Assembly (NCBI GenBank): GCA_010909165.1
Contig: MU008167.1
Coordinates: forward strand, 1,364,001-1,428,000
Length of the DNA stretch: 64,000 nucleotides
Direction: 5' to 3'
DNA from: Anthoceros angustus
Taxonomy: Eukaryota > Plantae > Anthocerotophyta
Numbering within the stretch: position 1 is the first letter of the stretch; every line of letters starts with the position of its first letter. Below the pieces are notes generated by a model, which searched no databases, had not been told where the DNA came from, and saw only the letters and a list, made by a program, of their open reading frames with translations. A program made the position numbers and the translations under genes. Below are positions 38,589 through 50,908 of this stretch, piece after piece.

Positions 38589-41500
38589 CGTGGCGACTTT
38601 TCAGCCATGACCCGGCGTGCACAATCCGTGTCGTTGTAGTAAGTCCGTTCAGAGAGAATGATAAGCTCGTTTTGCGCGTTTGGCCGATTCTCACCTTTGC
38701 GTCCGCTCAACTTTAACACCGCGCAATTCGTTTTCGTCTAACTACTCATAACGTTCACGAGCGGGCCGGTGTGGCCAAGCGTTTAAGGACCCGTTTGCGT
38801 CCGTATCGTTTCGCCGCACTCACTTCCTTTAGTCCGTTCCTCTCATCACTCTCACTCGCTCATCAACCTTGGAAAAGCATAGTAGCTACATCCGGACCTC
38901 CTCCGTTGCTCAGCGGGCCTCTCGTCCGGGCTGCCGCCCTCCGGAGTTCCTCCGGCTCCGTTCGGTCCGCTCGATTTGGGCGGCTGCCTGGGCGAACACG
39001 GGTCCCCGGTCGCTCTTCCCACGCACACACCACCACCGTTAGGGTCGTCACGGGACCTTGATCGATCTCTCCGGGTGCCGTGCACCTTTCGATGACTCGG
39101 GACTCACGTTAGCATGAAGACACACAAGGTGCAAAGCGGCATCAACACCAAGAAGATGATTTATTGGCCTCGGCCCTCTTATACTACGCCCAAGTCGGCG
39201 TCTTTATTACACCTATTACTGGTGGCCAGTCGATGCATGTCGGGCCTACCATCCTATTCCTCCCCTCCTATCTCCTTCGTCGGTGGGCTGGGAAGGTCAC
39301 AGGTTCCGTCTCGGTATTGGTGGTCAATCTCCCGTCGGCGGTTGCGGGCGCGCAATCGGATGATCCGCGGGCGGGCCCTTCCTCTTCCGGAATCACATCG
39401 GGTTGGGCTCGTGCGGTCGCGCGCCCGTTACCACAACGTCTTCCCCAGCCCCGGTGGGTCCCCTCCGGTAGACCATTGCTCCCGGCGTAAGTCGGAGGGA
39501 CTCCTCCTTGCTTCACAGTCCGGACCTCGGGGTCCGGTCTCGACTCAGTCGAACTTGAGTCGCCTTATTCAGTCCGATGCGGTCGGTCTCATCTCACAGG
39601 GGTTCGGACCTCGGGGTCCGAACTTATTCTGAGTCCGGTCCCCAAGCTCCGGACCCCTTATCTGGACCTCTTGCTGGGTCCTCATCCCTACCCGACCCTT
39701 GTCTTGGGTGGGTTGGCTCCTCCTTCCGCGCCCCTTTGGGGCCGCCTCTATCCTCCCGGCGGGTTGCGGTGGACTTACCACGAGTCCGTTGTATTGGCGC
39801 GTCCTGCTCCTCCGAGGCTCTTCTCCCCAGCCGTCGTCTCCAAGCAGGGGCCACTAGGGTCCCGTCTTTGTCCCCATGCCCTTCATCCCTTGAGCCTTGG
39901 GGGTCCGTCCATGTGTAGCAGGCGAGGCTTCAATGCCTTAAGAGCTCGGCGTGGTAGCAAAATCCGAGTCAATTTCTTTGGATTGCCTCTTCCACATGTG
40001 CGGAGCACCGATACTCCTTCGCCATTGGTGCTCGGGTGGCGTCTTTGTCCTTCTTGGACCATCTCCCTGCCGGGTTTTTGGGCGGGCGAATCTCGCGAGG
40101 CCACAAGGGCCTCGGTCACCTCACCTGCGCAGCCTTGCTCACTTTGCTCCGGCTCCGTCGTTTCCGCTCGCGCTTACACCGCCATAGCGCGCTCCTTCCG
40201 CCTTCCTTAGCGGACCAGCGGCTTCTTTTTTGCGTCCGGTGCTCTCGCTCCCGTTCATTACGGCGTTAGCTCCGCCATCTCCCTCTCAGGCGGTCGGGCA
40301 ACTCTGCCCGTGCTTCGCCAGTCCTTCTCCATTTCGGCGTCTGCTCCTTGTTCCATGCCCTCCTCCGTCCAGCTGGAGCCGCTCTATCTCGTTCGTGATC
40401 GTGATCACGCCTGCAGATACCATTCTCTCAATGGTAACTTGGGCTGACTCGAGGTCTCTTCGGTCTTCCATCTCCTGCATTGTTGCTCCACCTCGCCTTG
40501 GCGGGTGGAGATCCTCCATCTCCTTGTCGCGGGCTTCCTTCTCCTCGGCATGGGGCTGCTCCGCCGCCTCTGCTCCGTCTTGAGTTAGCGGCTATCCTGC
40601 CGTCTCCCTCCACGGTTCGATCACGCCGATAGTGATCGCGGTCGATCTTAGCGGCTTCCGCCTCCTCGCCGCCTTCACAGGCGCCCGGCTTGGCTTGGTC
40701 GGTAGGCCGCCTCGGCCCGGTCGCGAGCCTTCTCGCTTGCGCCCGGGCCTCCTCGCCTCCTCTGCGCTACCCCTCTCCGCTGCGAGGTCTTGACCCGCGC
40801 TTGGGCCTCACACTTGTTGCTCACCCGGTGAAGGAATTTAGTCGGTCTGTCGAATGGACGGACTTCCCTTCGGCCTCGGCGTTTCCCTTCTTGATCTGCG
40901 GCGAGCTTGCCTTCCTCCTCGCCTCTGGGCCGCCTCCAATTGCTCACGGAGGAGCACCATCGCCTCCGGTGGCTTCTACTTCACAGGTCTTCTCGGGCAT
41001 CCCGGAGACCCCAGGCATGTCCATGTGGTGGCAGGACCGTGTCTCTTCCACGGCCGCCAGTGAGGCCCCAAAAGTCCGTAGTGGGCGGGCATCTCACGGT
41101 CCGCCAGGACCTCCACAGATCGGAGCAAGTCGGGCGGGTTCTCGGACCTAATCGGGTCCCTTAGGTCACGATTCAGTCAGGAGCTTCACCCTCCTTGGCC
41201 CTCTTGGCATTCCTTATTCGCCCTCTTCGTCACAGGGCTCGGAGGGTGAGGGGTTCAGGCGGCCCCTTGCCTCTCCCGGTCGGCAGGAGCTCACAGTGGG
41301 GTTGCTGCGGTGACCTCCTGCTCCTTGGGCGTCCTTTCTTCTCACGCCTCTTGACCTCTTGCCACTCCGTGGGCGGGCGGGGAGCACCGTCGAGTGCTGC
41401 GTTGGCGGGTGGCACCGTCTTCCGCCTCTTGATTGCCGGCGAGTTCGTCGGGGCTCCTCTCTGCCGTTGTGGTGGTGGTGGGCTTTGGGTCGGGGCCGTC

Positions 41501-42065
41501 TCCTGCTGCCCAGGCTCGGGAGGCACCAGAGGAGGAAGCGGGGATATCTTCCCACACTTCCCTAGGTGGTGAGGTCCGTTCGGCGTGTATGGGTATCCCT
41601 TCGATCGTCCTCCTCCGGACCCGTTTGGCCCTAGGGGTCGGGCCTCTACCTCAGGCGCCTTTGCCGCTTCATACGGTAGGGCCGCCAGCCCTTCCGGGCG
41701 CCGCTCTACCTCCCCATCCTTGAGTTAATGTCCCCATACATGGATGGTATGGGGATAGTCCCAGACGGTGGCTTCGAGGTCCGAGGCGGCCTGGCGCCCA
41801 AGAAGGAGGTTGGGGGCCCTGGTCGAGCCCCTCAAGGCGAGAGGAAGATAGAGGCACCAAGGGGCGGCGTCTTGAAGCCGGACGGACAACCAAGCGGTGG
41901 TTGATGCTCGGACTGCTGGCGGAAGGTGAGGTAGCCGGATCATTGTCCATCGGAACTTGCTCACCAAGGTGGATCACCTTGGTGATATTTTGAGTGTTCT
42001 GCATGCGTTGCAGCAGGGGCAAGAGAGGCGAGGAAGGATCATCTTAGCGGAGGTTCGGCCAGGCT
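38589..42065 (-). mobile_element. Diverged LTR variant C with coiled-coil ORF remnant (partial; last 290 bp or so inverted)
   Basis: Collinear with 8729-12050 at clearly lower identity. Encodes AHVEEAIQRN...CYHAEL at about 40001-39942. 41776-42065 is the reverse complement of the LTR-A 12065-12350 equivalent. Confidence 0.75.
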
Positions 42066-42099
42066 GGGAGAGTCCCAGCACCCACGACTATTGGGAGGA

Positions 42100-43360
42100 G
42101 CTTTCACAGCTCGGGGCGGGGGGAAGTGTCCTTGGGAGCTTCTTCTTCCCATTCTTTTGGGAGTGACTCGGCATTTCGTGCTTCACTCACATGGGGATGC
42201 ACTCAGGACATGAGACCGGCCTATCGCTTGAGGACACGAGAGACATTCAGCGGACCACTCTTGAGCACATACAGCCCGGTGGCGCGGTCTCCAAGCGTTA
42301 GCGGTGGGCATGGGAGGCTGGCGAGCAAGTTACACGCACGCCACACTACGTGGAGATAGCAATCGGTTGGTCTCCATTCTCGGATGTCGGTCTTGGCAAA
42401 GACTCCCACAACTCCTTCGAGAGATCAATCGGGGCGGATCATCCCCATTCAAGTCCTACGAGGACAAGGCTAGAATCAGCTGATCCTTGGAGACTCGGAC
42501 ACCATGGAAGGTGGAGGCCCTCATCTGAGCGGGGATAGATTTTGGAAGACTGCACGCAACCTTTCTTGGATTTTGGACTTTCAAGCTACTTGGCGGAAGC
42601 ATTGATCTATCTGACGCACCGGATTGTCCTCCATGGTTTCCACCATGAATCCTCAATTTCAAAGGCGTTGCAGCTTGCTTATTACAATGGCAAGCTATCT
42701 CTGCGCCCACCGAGCCAAGATCGCATTGGGGGCCGATTCGCGACCACTCGGCCGCCATTCGTGGTGAGTCTGACCGCTGCTGAGAGAGTGGCACCCACAG
42801 TGGGAGTCCCGGAGTTCATCCAAACTCCCAAGTATGTCAACCCTGTGGAGGAATTCATGGCAATTCTAGAGAAGGTGTTTCGGCTCAAGACTCTCGAGAA
42901 GATTCTTGGTGGCGAACTTAACTGCAGAAGAGGGTGCAAATGACCTTATGCAAGCTTCGTGAAGTTATGCGGAGAACGGGGATGTTGACCAGGAGGCAGA
43001 AATTTCTCCGCAAGGGACCCTTTGTTTCATTTCCAACTCATCACCTCTTTGGTGGACAAATCTGAGGGATAGCTACACCTTGGAATAGGTCCATGAGGAG
43101 GCGGTGTAAGGAGTCGCATTCTCAACGTGCTTCTCGCACTCCAAAGCCTTCATGCCTTCACATGATTGTTCTCCCGGAGGGAACACGCACAGTCAGGATC
43201 GGGGATTTCAAGCTTGGTTTAGGCTAGCCTCAAACCCCTGGCTACCTCGGAAATGTTGTGCAATCATGTGGCGGATCACTTTGATGCAAGCTCCTGGATG
43301 AGGGCTTGCCACCGCAATAAGATTGGCCATTTAGTCATAATGTGTTTCCACATCCGGACC
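42100..43360 (+). pseudogene. Gag-like ORF and upstream region (copy 3, inverted)
   Basis: Reverse complement of about 1066-2440. Reads GVPEFIQTPKYVNPVEEFMAILEKVF and NKIGHLVIMCF on the + strand. Confidence 0.75.
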
Positions 43361-43399
43361 GCAATTCCTAGGAGGGAGCAACATAGCCGTGATCTGTGT

Positions 43400-44655
43400 C
43401 ACGAACTTGACCATAGTGTCACTCCAATGGAAATGAGGAGCCAACAAAATATCGTCCGTTTTGCCAAAATGCCCCATATCGGCATGAGCCTTGACACCAA
43501 CGACTTTTGATCCATGGCGGAGGCACAAGTCGTTCCTGCCGGTCTGCGCCCGAGATAACCATCCTCGCCAATAGTATCGGACCGTTCAATCGTGTTTTCG
43601 TAACTTACACCCCAGGGTATGAAGTTGCAAATAATGCATGGTTCCGAATGAAATGTCTGATGACAATCCCGGCCGTATAACGCACAATGCTCAAGTCTCC
43701 CAGCTTGACGGGCCATCTAGTCACCATCCCATTCTTGTCAAAATCTTATCGTGCCTCGTAAGGTCTTCGCTAGATTCCAGATGCCGTGATAACAAATCAA
43801 GATTCGTGACAAGCTCCACTGGTGAACAACCTCAAAATCATAATCTTGCAAGGTCATTGCCCACCGAGCCAACTTGCCACTCAATTGGGTGTTAGTCATC
43901 AACCACTTCAAAGGGCGATGGTCCGTCACTAAACTGCCCATACAAGTAAGGCCGAAATGACATATACACACGGCCGCCAAACACTCCCCCTTCATGGGGT
44001 AATTACTCTCACTCTATTGCGGGAAGCATACGCATAATTACACGTTCATGTCTGCATCATCGATTTAGTGAGCACCGCACCAAAGTGACTAATCCGTATA
44101 CTGTGAATGGTTTGTCAAAATCAGTCTAGCCATGACAGTTGAACTCCGTCTTCAACATAAGAAACGCTTGCTCACATAAGCCCAATCCCAAGCATTCTTG
44201 CGTAATAACTCATTGAGAGGCTTGGCAATGACTAAAATCTGAATGTCACGATAATAATGGCGAGGCTCGGATATGCCCTTAACATGGACACGCTAGTAGG
44301 CGCGGTACCTCCAAGATAGCCTCGAACCTTAGCGGTAGTGAGGCATAATGCCGTTAGGCACAATCCTATGATGACCTAGAATCAATCGTCAACACCATGG
44401 CCGCTCACACTTGGCGGGATGACACTTCAATGCCTGAGGCAAAATAGGTCCTCCAAGTGAATCAGATGTGTGTCAAAGTCTCGACTGTGAACCAACACAT
44501 CATCAATGTAACACAAGAGATGTGGTACCGGTGCACCCGCCAACACCTTGTCCATGCTTCTCTGAAACGTAACAGGAGCATTACGAAACCCAAAAGGCAT
44601 GAACAGCCACTCCCAAAGTTGTTGCGAGCCATGGAACGCCGTCTTCTTGATGTCA
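43400..44655 (-). pseudogene. Pol fragment (RT, RNase H, start of integrase) of a second Ty3/Gypsy family
   Basis: KKTAFHGSQQLWEWLFMPFGFRNAPVTFQRSMDKVL...CYIDDVLVHS; EGECLAAV...LVTDHRPLKWLMTNTQLSGKLARWAMTLQDYDFEVVH; HADMGHFG. Confidence 0.88.
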
Positions 44656-44845
44656 ATGCCCCTGCGCTGGGACTCTCCCAATAGTCCCGGCAGTGGGACT
44701 GTAATGTCCCTGTGCTGGAAGTCTCCCAACAATCCCTCCAGTGGGACTTAAATGTCCTTGTCTGACTCTCCCAGAGTCCCTCCAGTGGGATCAGAATGTC
44801 CTGTGCTAGGACTCTCCCGGCAATCTCGAGTATGGGACTCTAGGG
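44655..44845. repeat. About 45-bp gggact/agtccc repeat array (copy 3), abutting the truncated RT
   Basis: Homologous to 2456-2690. RT similarity stops at this point. Confidence 0.8.
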
Positions 44846-46593
44846 TCACCAAAAATAATGCCTACAAGCCCGAATCACTAGGAATTCTCACAGTAGTTGT
44901 AGCCTGCTCCTAGTAATGCCTCACAGACTTGAATAATCGGTTGCATGTTCGGATCTAGAGATTTTGGTGCAACGCAACCTAGCCCTAATTTGAATTTGGA
45001 AATTGAAATGACACAAACACACATTACCTAGCAATTTGGTAGGATTGTAACCTACCTAAGCTAAGGACCCCAAGCTAGGTCTGAGCTAAAATGGTCAGCA
45101 GCATATGAGGAAACACTTGTCCTAGTTAGCTCACAAAATTCCACCTTGACACGAATAATGTCAGAGATTGGAATTGGAATGGGCTGCTTGCACATAGTTG
45201 CCCAACAGCACCTTGAGTCCTTCAATGCCGCCCTGATTGGAGAAGCCTTGAATTTAAAGTCTTCGAAATGATGGGATTCGTTGCGGCGGTAAGAATCGTG
45301 GATTTTGTGAAGCTTCCTTGGCCAGCCCGATTTGCGGCGGCGGAGTCGATAAATCACGCCTTGGAGCTCGTAGGGAGACCCAAGATGAGCAAACACATAG
45401 ATCTTGAGATCCGATTCACATATTCTTTGAAAAGTGCTTTTGTCCCAAAAAAGCAGCCCGAGGCACAATTTCAAGACTAAAACCCTTAGATCCCCTTCTC
45501 AGATCCTCATGCGGCATTCGCCATCATCCTCACACTCCGCCTAGCTCGTTTTCCAACATTTTTTGCGTCATGATGCAAATAGTAGCACCTCTTGTGTTTG
45601 TCTTGCTCACGTTGAACATGCGCAATGTTTAGGGCTTATACTTGGCCCGTCTCACACCTACAACTAAATAGCTATTTCTAACCTAGCTGTCCATTTATAG
45701 GGCCATATTCCTTGGTCCTTGAAAAATAATAAAGAAACTAACTCTTGAGTTATGAACCAATCAAGAAAAGGATATTTCCTATGTCCTTGGTTAGCAACAT
45801 ATCTAAACTAAGCAAAAAGTACAAAGGAACACATTTGTCAAATTCATGCTCATTTTCCGTACCTTAGTTTTTGTATTTCGATGTAGATGTGATTGTTGGG
45901 ATGCCTCGGCGATCTGGCTATCGGCCATGGCCCATAGGCTGGGGATCCGGCGATCTCGGCAATGTCGTGGAGTGTAGTTGGTAGGGTATCTTTGTAGTTA
46001 ATATGTCCCAACAAATAAGTGAATGTCTCTAACTCTAATGCTTTCAAAGCATTATTGCTGATTGCATTAATTGCGAGTTTTGAATTTGGATTTCTGGAGG
46101 ACATAGACTTTTCAACAACGGTGGAATAGAGTTCCCAATTAGGAGGCCGACTCTATCAAGAGTAGAGTCATACTCCTTGAGATTACGCCATACGAGGGCT
46201 ATATATATGTAGCTCTTATGCATCATGTATTTATATTCAATTTAAAGCATATATTAAGAGTAGAGTTATAATTCTCAAGATTCCACAAAGCCCAAGGGCT
46301 ATATATGTTGTGCTCCTATGCACCATATATTATCTTGAATGAGCTCATAGAAGTAAGTGACTATATAGCTCTACTATTCGCCCAAGCGAGGAGATGAACA
46401 TTGTCGACTAATTGATTGAACGGCTTATCTCGCTCGAGAAACCAACCAACGTACCGGGCCCATGGGAATTGGGGAGATTAGGATGCCATCTATTGCCATT
46501 CTTCTCTCACCTTGCGTGTTGATCCTGGCGTAACGATTGTGTGGAGTCGAGTTCCATCGCCCACTGAGGCTTCAGTGGGGTGGGTTGCACGAC

Positions 46594-47794
46594 ATGGATG
46601 CGGAGTCGTTGTATGGGCCGGCCTCGAGTTGAGGCCATGATCCGGCTCGCCGCTTGAGAGCCCGGCTGCGGTCGCGTAGTGTGCAAAGCGTGGAATGCGG
46701 TGGCGGCGTCCCCTGTGTTGTTGCGGGATAGGTTGGAATGGCGAGCGGGTGCGTCGGAATGTATGCTGTTCGTAGTAGGCATATGCCACTCCCACATCGC
46801 CTCCTGCATCTACAACCCCGCGTCCGGCAGGTGGCACCGACATCGACTCCCGCCATGGCTGCGAGCTCTCGGGGGTACCGATAGCCCACAAGGAATGGTG
46901 GAGCTCCTCGGGGACGGAGGATCGCGATCCACAGGCGGCGGGGTGCTGATGAGCACCACATACATGCAGGCGAGCACGGAAAATAGTCATCCAAGCACAT
47001 GGGCAACCCGTGGCCAACTCTTGGACCACTGCCGAAGCTCCATGACCTAACTTGCGCATCCACCATGTGTTGGGCGTCTTTGTGGATGCCAAGGCGCGTT
47101 GCTTCAAGCTCGTGGTGTTGTATGAGACGCGAACATATGTGGGTGACCTAGACAAGCCCCGCCCATTCGTCTTTGATTCCGCACTAGGAGTTGGAGTGAT
47201 ACAAGGCGCTTGCCCGGAAACCGTGCCTTGAACTCCACCTTGTCCGATCATCGAGTGTTTGTAGGCAACGTGCTCTCTGCGTTGCGAGAGGCATCGATGG
47301 TCATTGCAATGCTAGCCTCGACTGGAGCGGGCCATTTGGGCGGTTGGTCGTACCCATGCCTTCCGATCATTCGACATACTCTCGCAACCTCGTCAATGCG
47401 AGACCGGGCCTATCGTGGCGAGACACGAGGAAAATATAATGTGTCTGATTTGGGGCGGGTTTCATGACGACACGGGCGCAAGTGGGCGCCATGCCCGCAC
47501 CCATGTGCATTGATTTCCTGGGAAATGGTGCTGCCTCGAATGCTCCCAATTTTCAATGCGAGTCGTCGCGCATCAAGCTTAAGGTCGTGGCCTGCAAGAC
47601 TTCCAAGTATACATCATGAACGACGAGCTCGACAAGATGGTGCATCTCGATATGCGACGAACACCGCGGCTTGGAGTGGTTGCCCTCGTGGCCTTCGATC
47701 ATCTTGTGAGGAAGAGCCTTCCGCCACGATCCTTCTTTGGACTTGGAAGCAAGTTTAGGAAAATGTGTTTGAACTTGGATCACTTCTAAACTAG
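46594..47794 (+). pseudogene. F-box protein (copy 3; frameshifted as assembled)
   Basis: ATG at 46594, VCKAWNAVAASP, and the same C-terminal region as copies 1 and 2. Confidence 0.68.
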
Positions 47795-50457
47795 ATATAT
47801 AGTTAGTGCTACATCACATTCACTTATCACTTTCGAGAAAGTAGGCTCGCGCAAAGGAGCTGACACACGGGAGAGTTCCATGCAATCAATCATACATGTA
47901 GGTGATATTGGGCCAAACATGAGGGAAGCCCATCCCTTCAATAATATTTCCCCCACATGACGGCTAACTGCGGAGTTCCAATACTCCCATGTTTGGCACA
48001 CTCAAGCTCTCTTAGGTGTGCCAATGGTACTTAGGTACAGATTGTTGGACGGCGAATGTTACTTTATCTCATTTTCGGATCGGATAGATAGGATCTCAAG
48101 TTCGAGCAATGGATTGATGCGGTGTAATGTAGTACCAATTTGCATCTTTTAAGTTTCGATCCTGAAAGTAAAGCTTGTAAAAAAAACCTCTTAAAGTTCG
48201 GATAGTTTTAATTTTGTTGGATCTTAAAATATCGCTGTGATTATTTTGTTATTAGAGATAAAAATGAAAAGGATTAATTTGTCAATGTATGGTGTCAAAT
48301 TTTTGGATAAGCTTCACTCCTATTGTCATCTCCTAAAAGGTTTGCGATGTTCCGTCTGCAGGCAAGCTCGGGAACCTGGAGGGGGTTCAGCAACGCTGAA
48401 AGGAAACAACAACCATGTTTGTAGCTAGTACCTCTTGCGCCCCCCCTCCCCCTTTCCACCATCCCAGCGCCCCGGACAAACTAGCAGCTTGTAGCGCAGG
48501 TTGAGACGCTGTGTCCGATTTGATGCTGATGTTATCATATTGCTGGCTAAGGATGATGCGAAATGAGTTATAGTAGTCCTAAGAACCCTCCCATTTGCAG
48601 TATCATCATAATGGGTTTGAGTGTGACAAAGTCACCAAAAAAAAATGTATGTTGTTAACTTGGATGTGGGGTGCACATACAAAAGCTGAGCGAAGAACTG
48701 TACAGTGGAGCATTTGGTGGGCATATTAGTACTGGGATGGGTACCTTTCCCTTGGTTGATAGAAAAATGTTTTTAAATCATTCCAGTTAGTGGGCGTCGG
48801 CCTCTCTTTGAGTTCTAAAGCATGAGATTACTCTGTGAATAATGATATTGATCGTGTGTACATTTTCAAGATTGACGAATAGACCTTTGGTCGATGTTTA
48901 ACCTAGTGCTCAGTAGGCAGTTTCCAAGTAAGGCTTCTTCATGACGCTCTTTCCGGCCCTGGGCAATGTTATCTGCTCTTAAAATCATGTGTAATACTGA
49001 TGTCGCATCAACAAGATTAGTATTTAGGGTTTGATGCATGTGCTTAATTGTTTTTTTTATTACTTACATAGAAAGTTTCTATTTATATTACAAGTATGTT
49101 AAATTTGTGGCGATATTGACAAGAGTGGAGATTAATGGTATGTTATGTTTGTTGAAAAATAATCACCGTATAGGGTATTTTTTTTAAAATTTATCTACAC
49201 TCATGATGACATATAAATACTCTTCACATCCTTCATTTCAAACACAACAACAACAATTGTGTGAGCTCTTTCCCTTTCACAAGGGTCTCAAATGATCAAT
49301 TGCTACTCAAGGCTTTTCTTTGTATCTTTTTGGTGGTAATATCTTTCAGAATGAAAAATAAATTTCAAATGGGGTTTTTGTCGCTCTTAGTTATAGTCTT
49401 GTGAAGCTACAAATGCAAAAGGTGGTAGGCTCATCAAAGAAGTGCGTTCTTTCATGACCACCCTAACAACCAGATGTGGTGCTCGACAAGAACCTCAAAG
49501 TCTGCTGCTTTCAAAGGTGGCTCCTTTTTCACTTGAGGTCCCAAGAGGAGCAAAAGACACTACGATTGGACAAGAAGTCATAAATCCATTGTGGGAAGAA
49601 GGGAATGTGCCAGAAACTTTTTTACCTCCTAATGTTCCCAAAGCAATCCCTTCATGGGTAAATGTGGGCAAACCTGGCGACGACTATTGTGATGGGGCTA
49701 TCGCTAACGGACTAGCAAGAGCAGCAACAACACAACGCATCAGTTATGGAATGATGTTGCAACATGATGGGATAATAGCAGCACCCTTCACCTAGAGCTT
49801 CTAGATGTTTAACATGTGCCGTAAACCAGACCATAGTTCAGCAAAAATTAATTATAAAATCAATAAACCAAAAATTTAGATATTATTTGATAACAATGCG
49901 GAAATAATAACTATTTTCGTTTTAGGTGTACTCCCGGCACCCTACAATGTCAAACCGTTATCTAGTTAGATGCCGCCGCGACACCACGAAGGCTACAATA
50001 CCATGATGGCCACGACACCGTTAAGAGGCCGCCCACGTGCTCCGGGGAAAACAGATTGGGCCATTGCAACCAAGAGCATGATGTAGTCACTTGCAAGGTG
50101 CTGTTGCGCGTGGCGCGCTGGATTTGGCCAATGCAACCGGATTTGGCCAATGCAACGTGTGACGAACCCCTGTAGGTCACTGCTATGGAGCATTCCCCTC
50201 CCCCAATATCATTCTCCCCCCAAAAAAACCCTTCCCCCCTCCCTTTTCCCAAATTGTATTTTGTAACAACGATATGTAGGTACTTGATATATATTTACAT
50301 TCTAAATATGTTTAATATATATATAACCTAAAATAAAACATATCTAGAATATGCTGCCTAACCGGTCTGAAACTTTAAAATAAGGGGTTCGCCTTAAAAA
50401 TAAAAGCCGGGCTCCTTCTACTTGGTATCAAATCTCTAAGGTAGCTAATTCGCTGAC

Positions 50458-50535
50458 CGAATTGTATAGAGTCTGTCCTGTCCGGTCGATGTCCTCAGCG
50501 AATTGTAGAGAGTCTGTCCCGTCCGGTCGATGTCC
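50458..50535. repeat. 41-bp-period tandem duplication upstream of the PPR gene
   Basis: cgaattgta(t/g)agagtctgtcc(t/c)gtccggtcgatgtcc occurs twice. Confidence 0.85.
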
Positions 50536-50908
50536 CTGCCTGTCGAATTTCGTGGAGTGATTACACACGAAATAATTCTCTACACGTAAGGCGAGCGGAT
50601 TGCTGAGGGACGACTTGTCAGATTTGATGCTGCTGTGATCAAATTGGTGGCTACCGATGAGGCAAAATCAGCCTGAGTGGTCCCCGGAGCTCTCTCATCT
50701 TCAGTATCTCATCACAACGCCGACAAGCTCGTGCTGTAGTGGCCCATGCGGGAAACGATACATACAGAACGTGACATCGCTCTCTTCCTTTCACAGCCCG
50801 TTGAGGGACTGCTTGCTGTTTTTATCAGCATGGACAGTATTGTGTTCGCAATATTGCCAGTCGGAGGGCTGTAGCTGGATCTGGGGCTCAGGGTTAGGGT
50901 CTTAGCTT

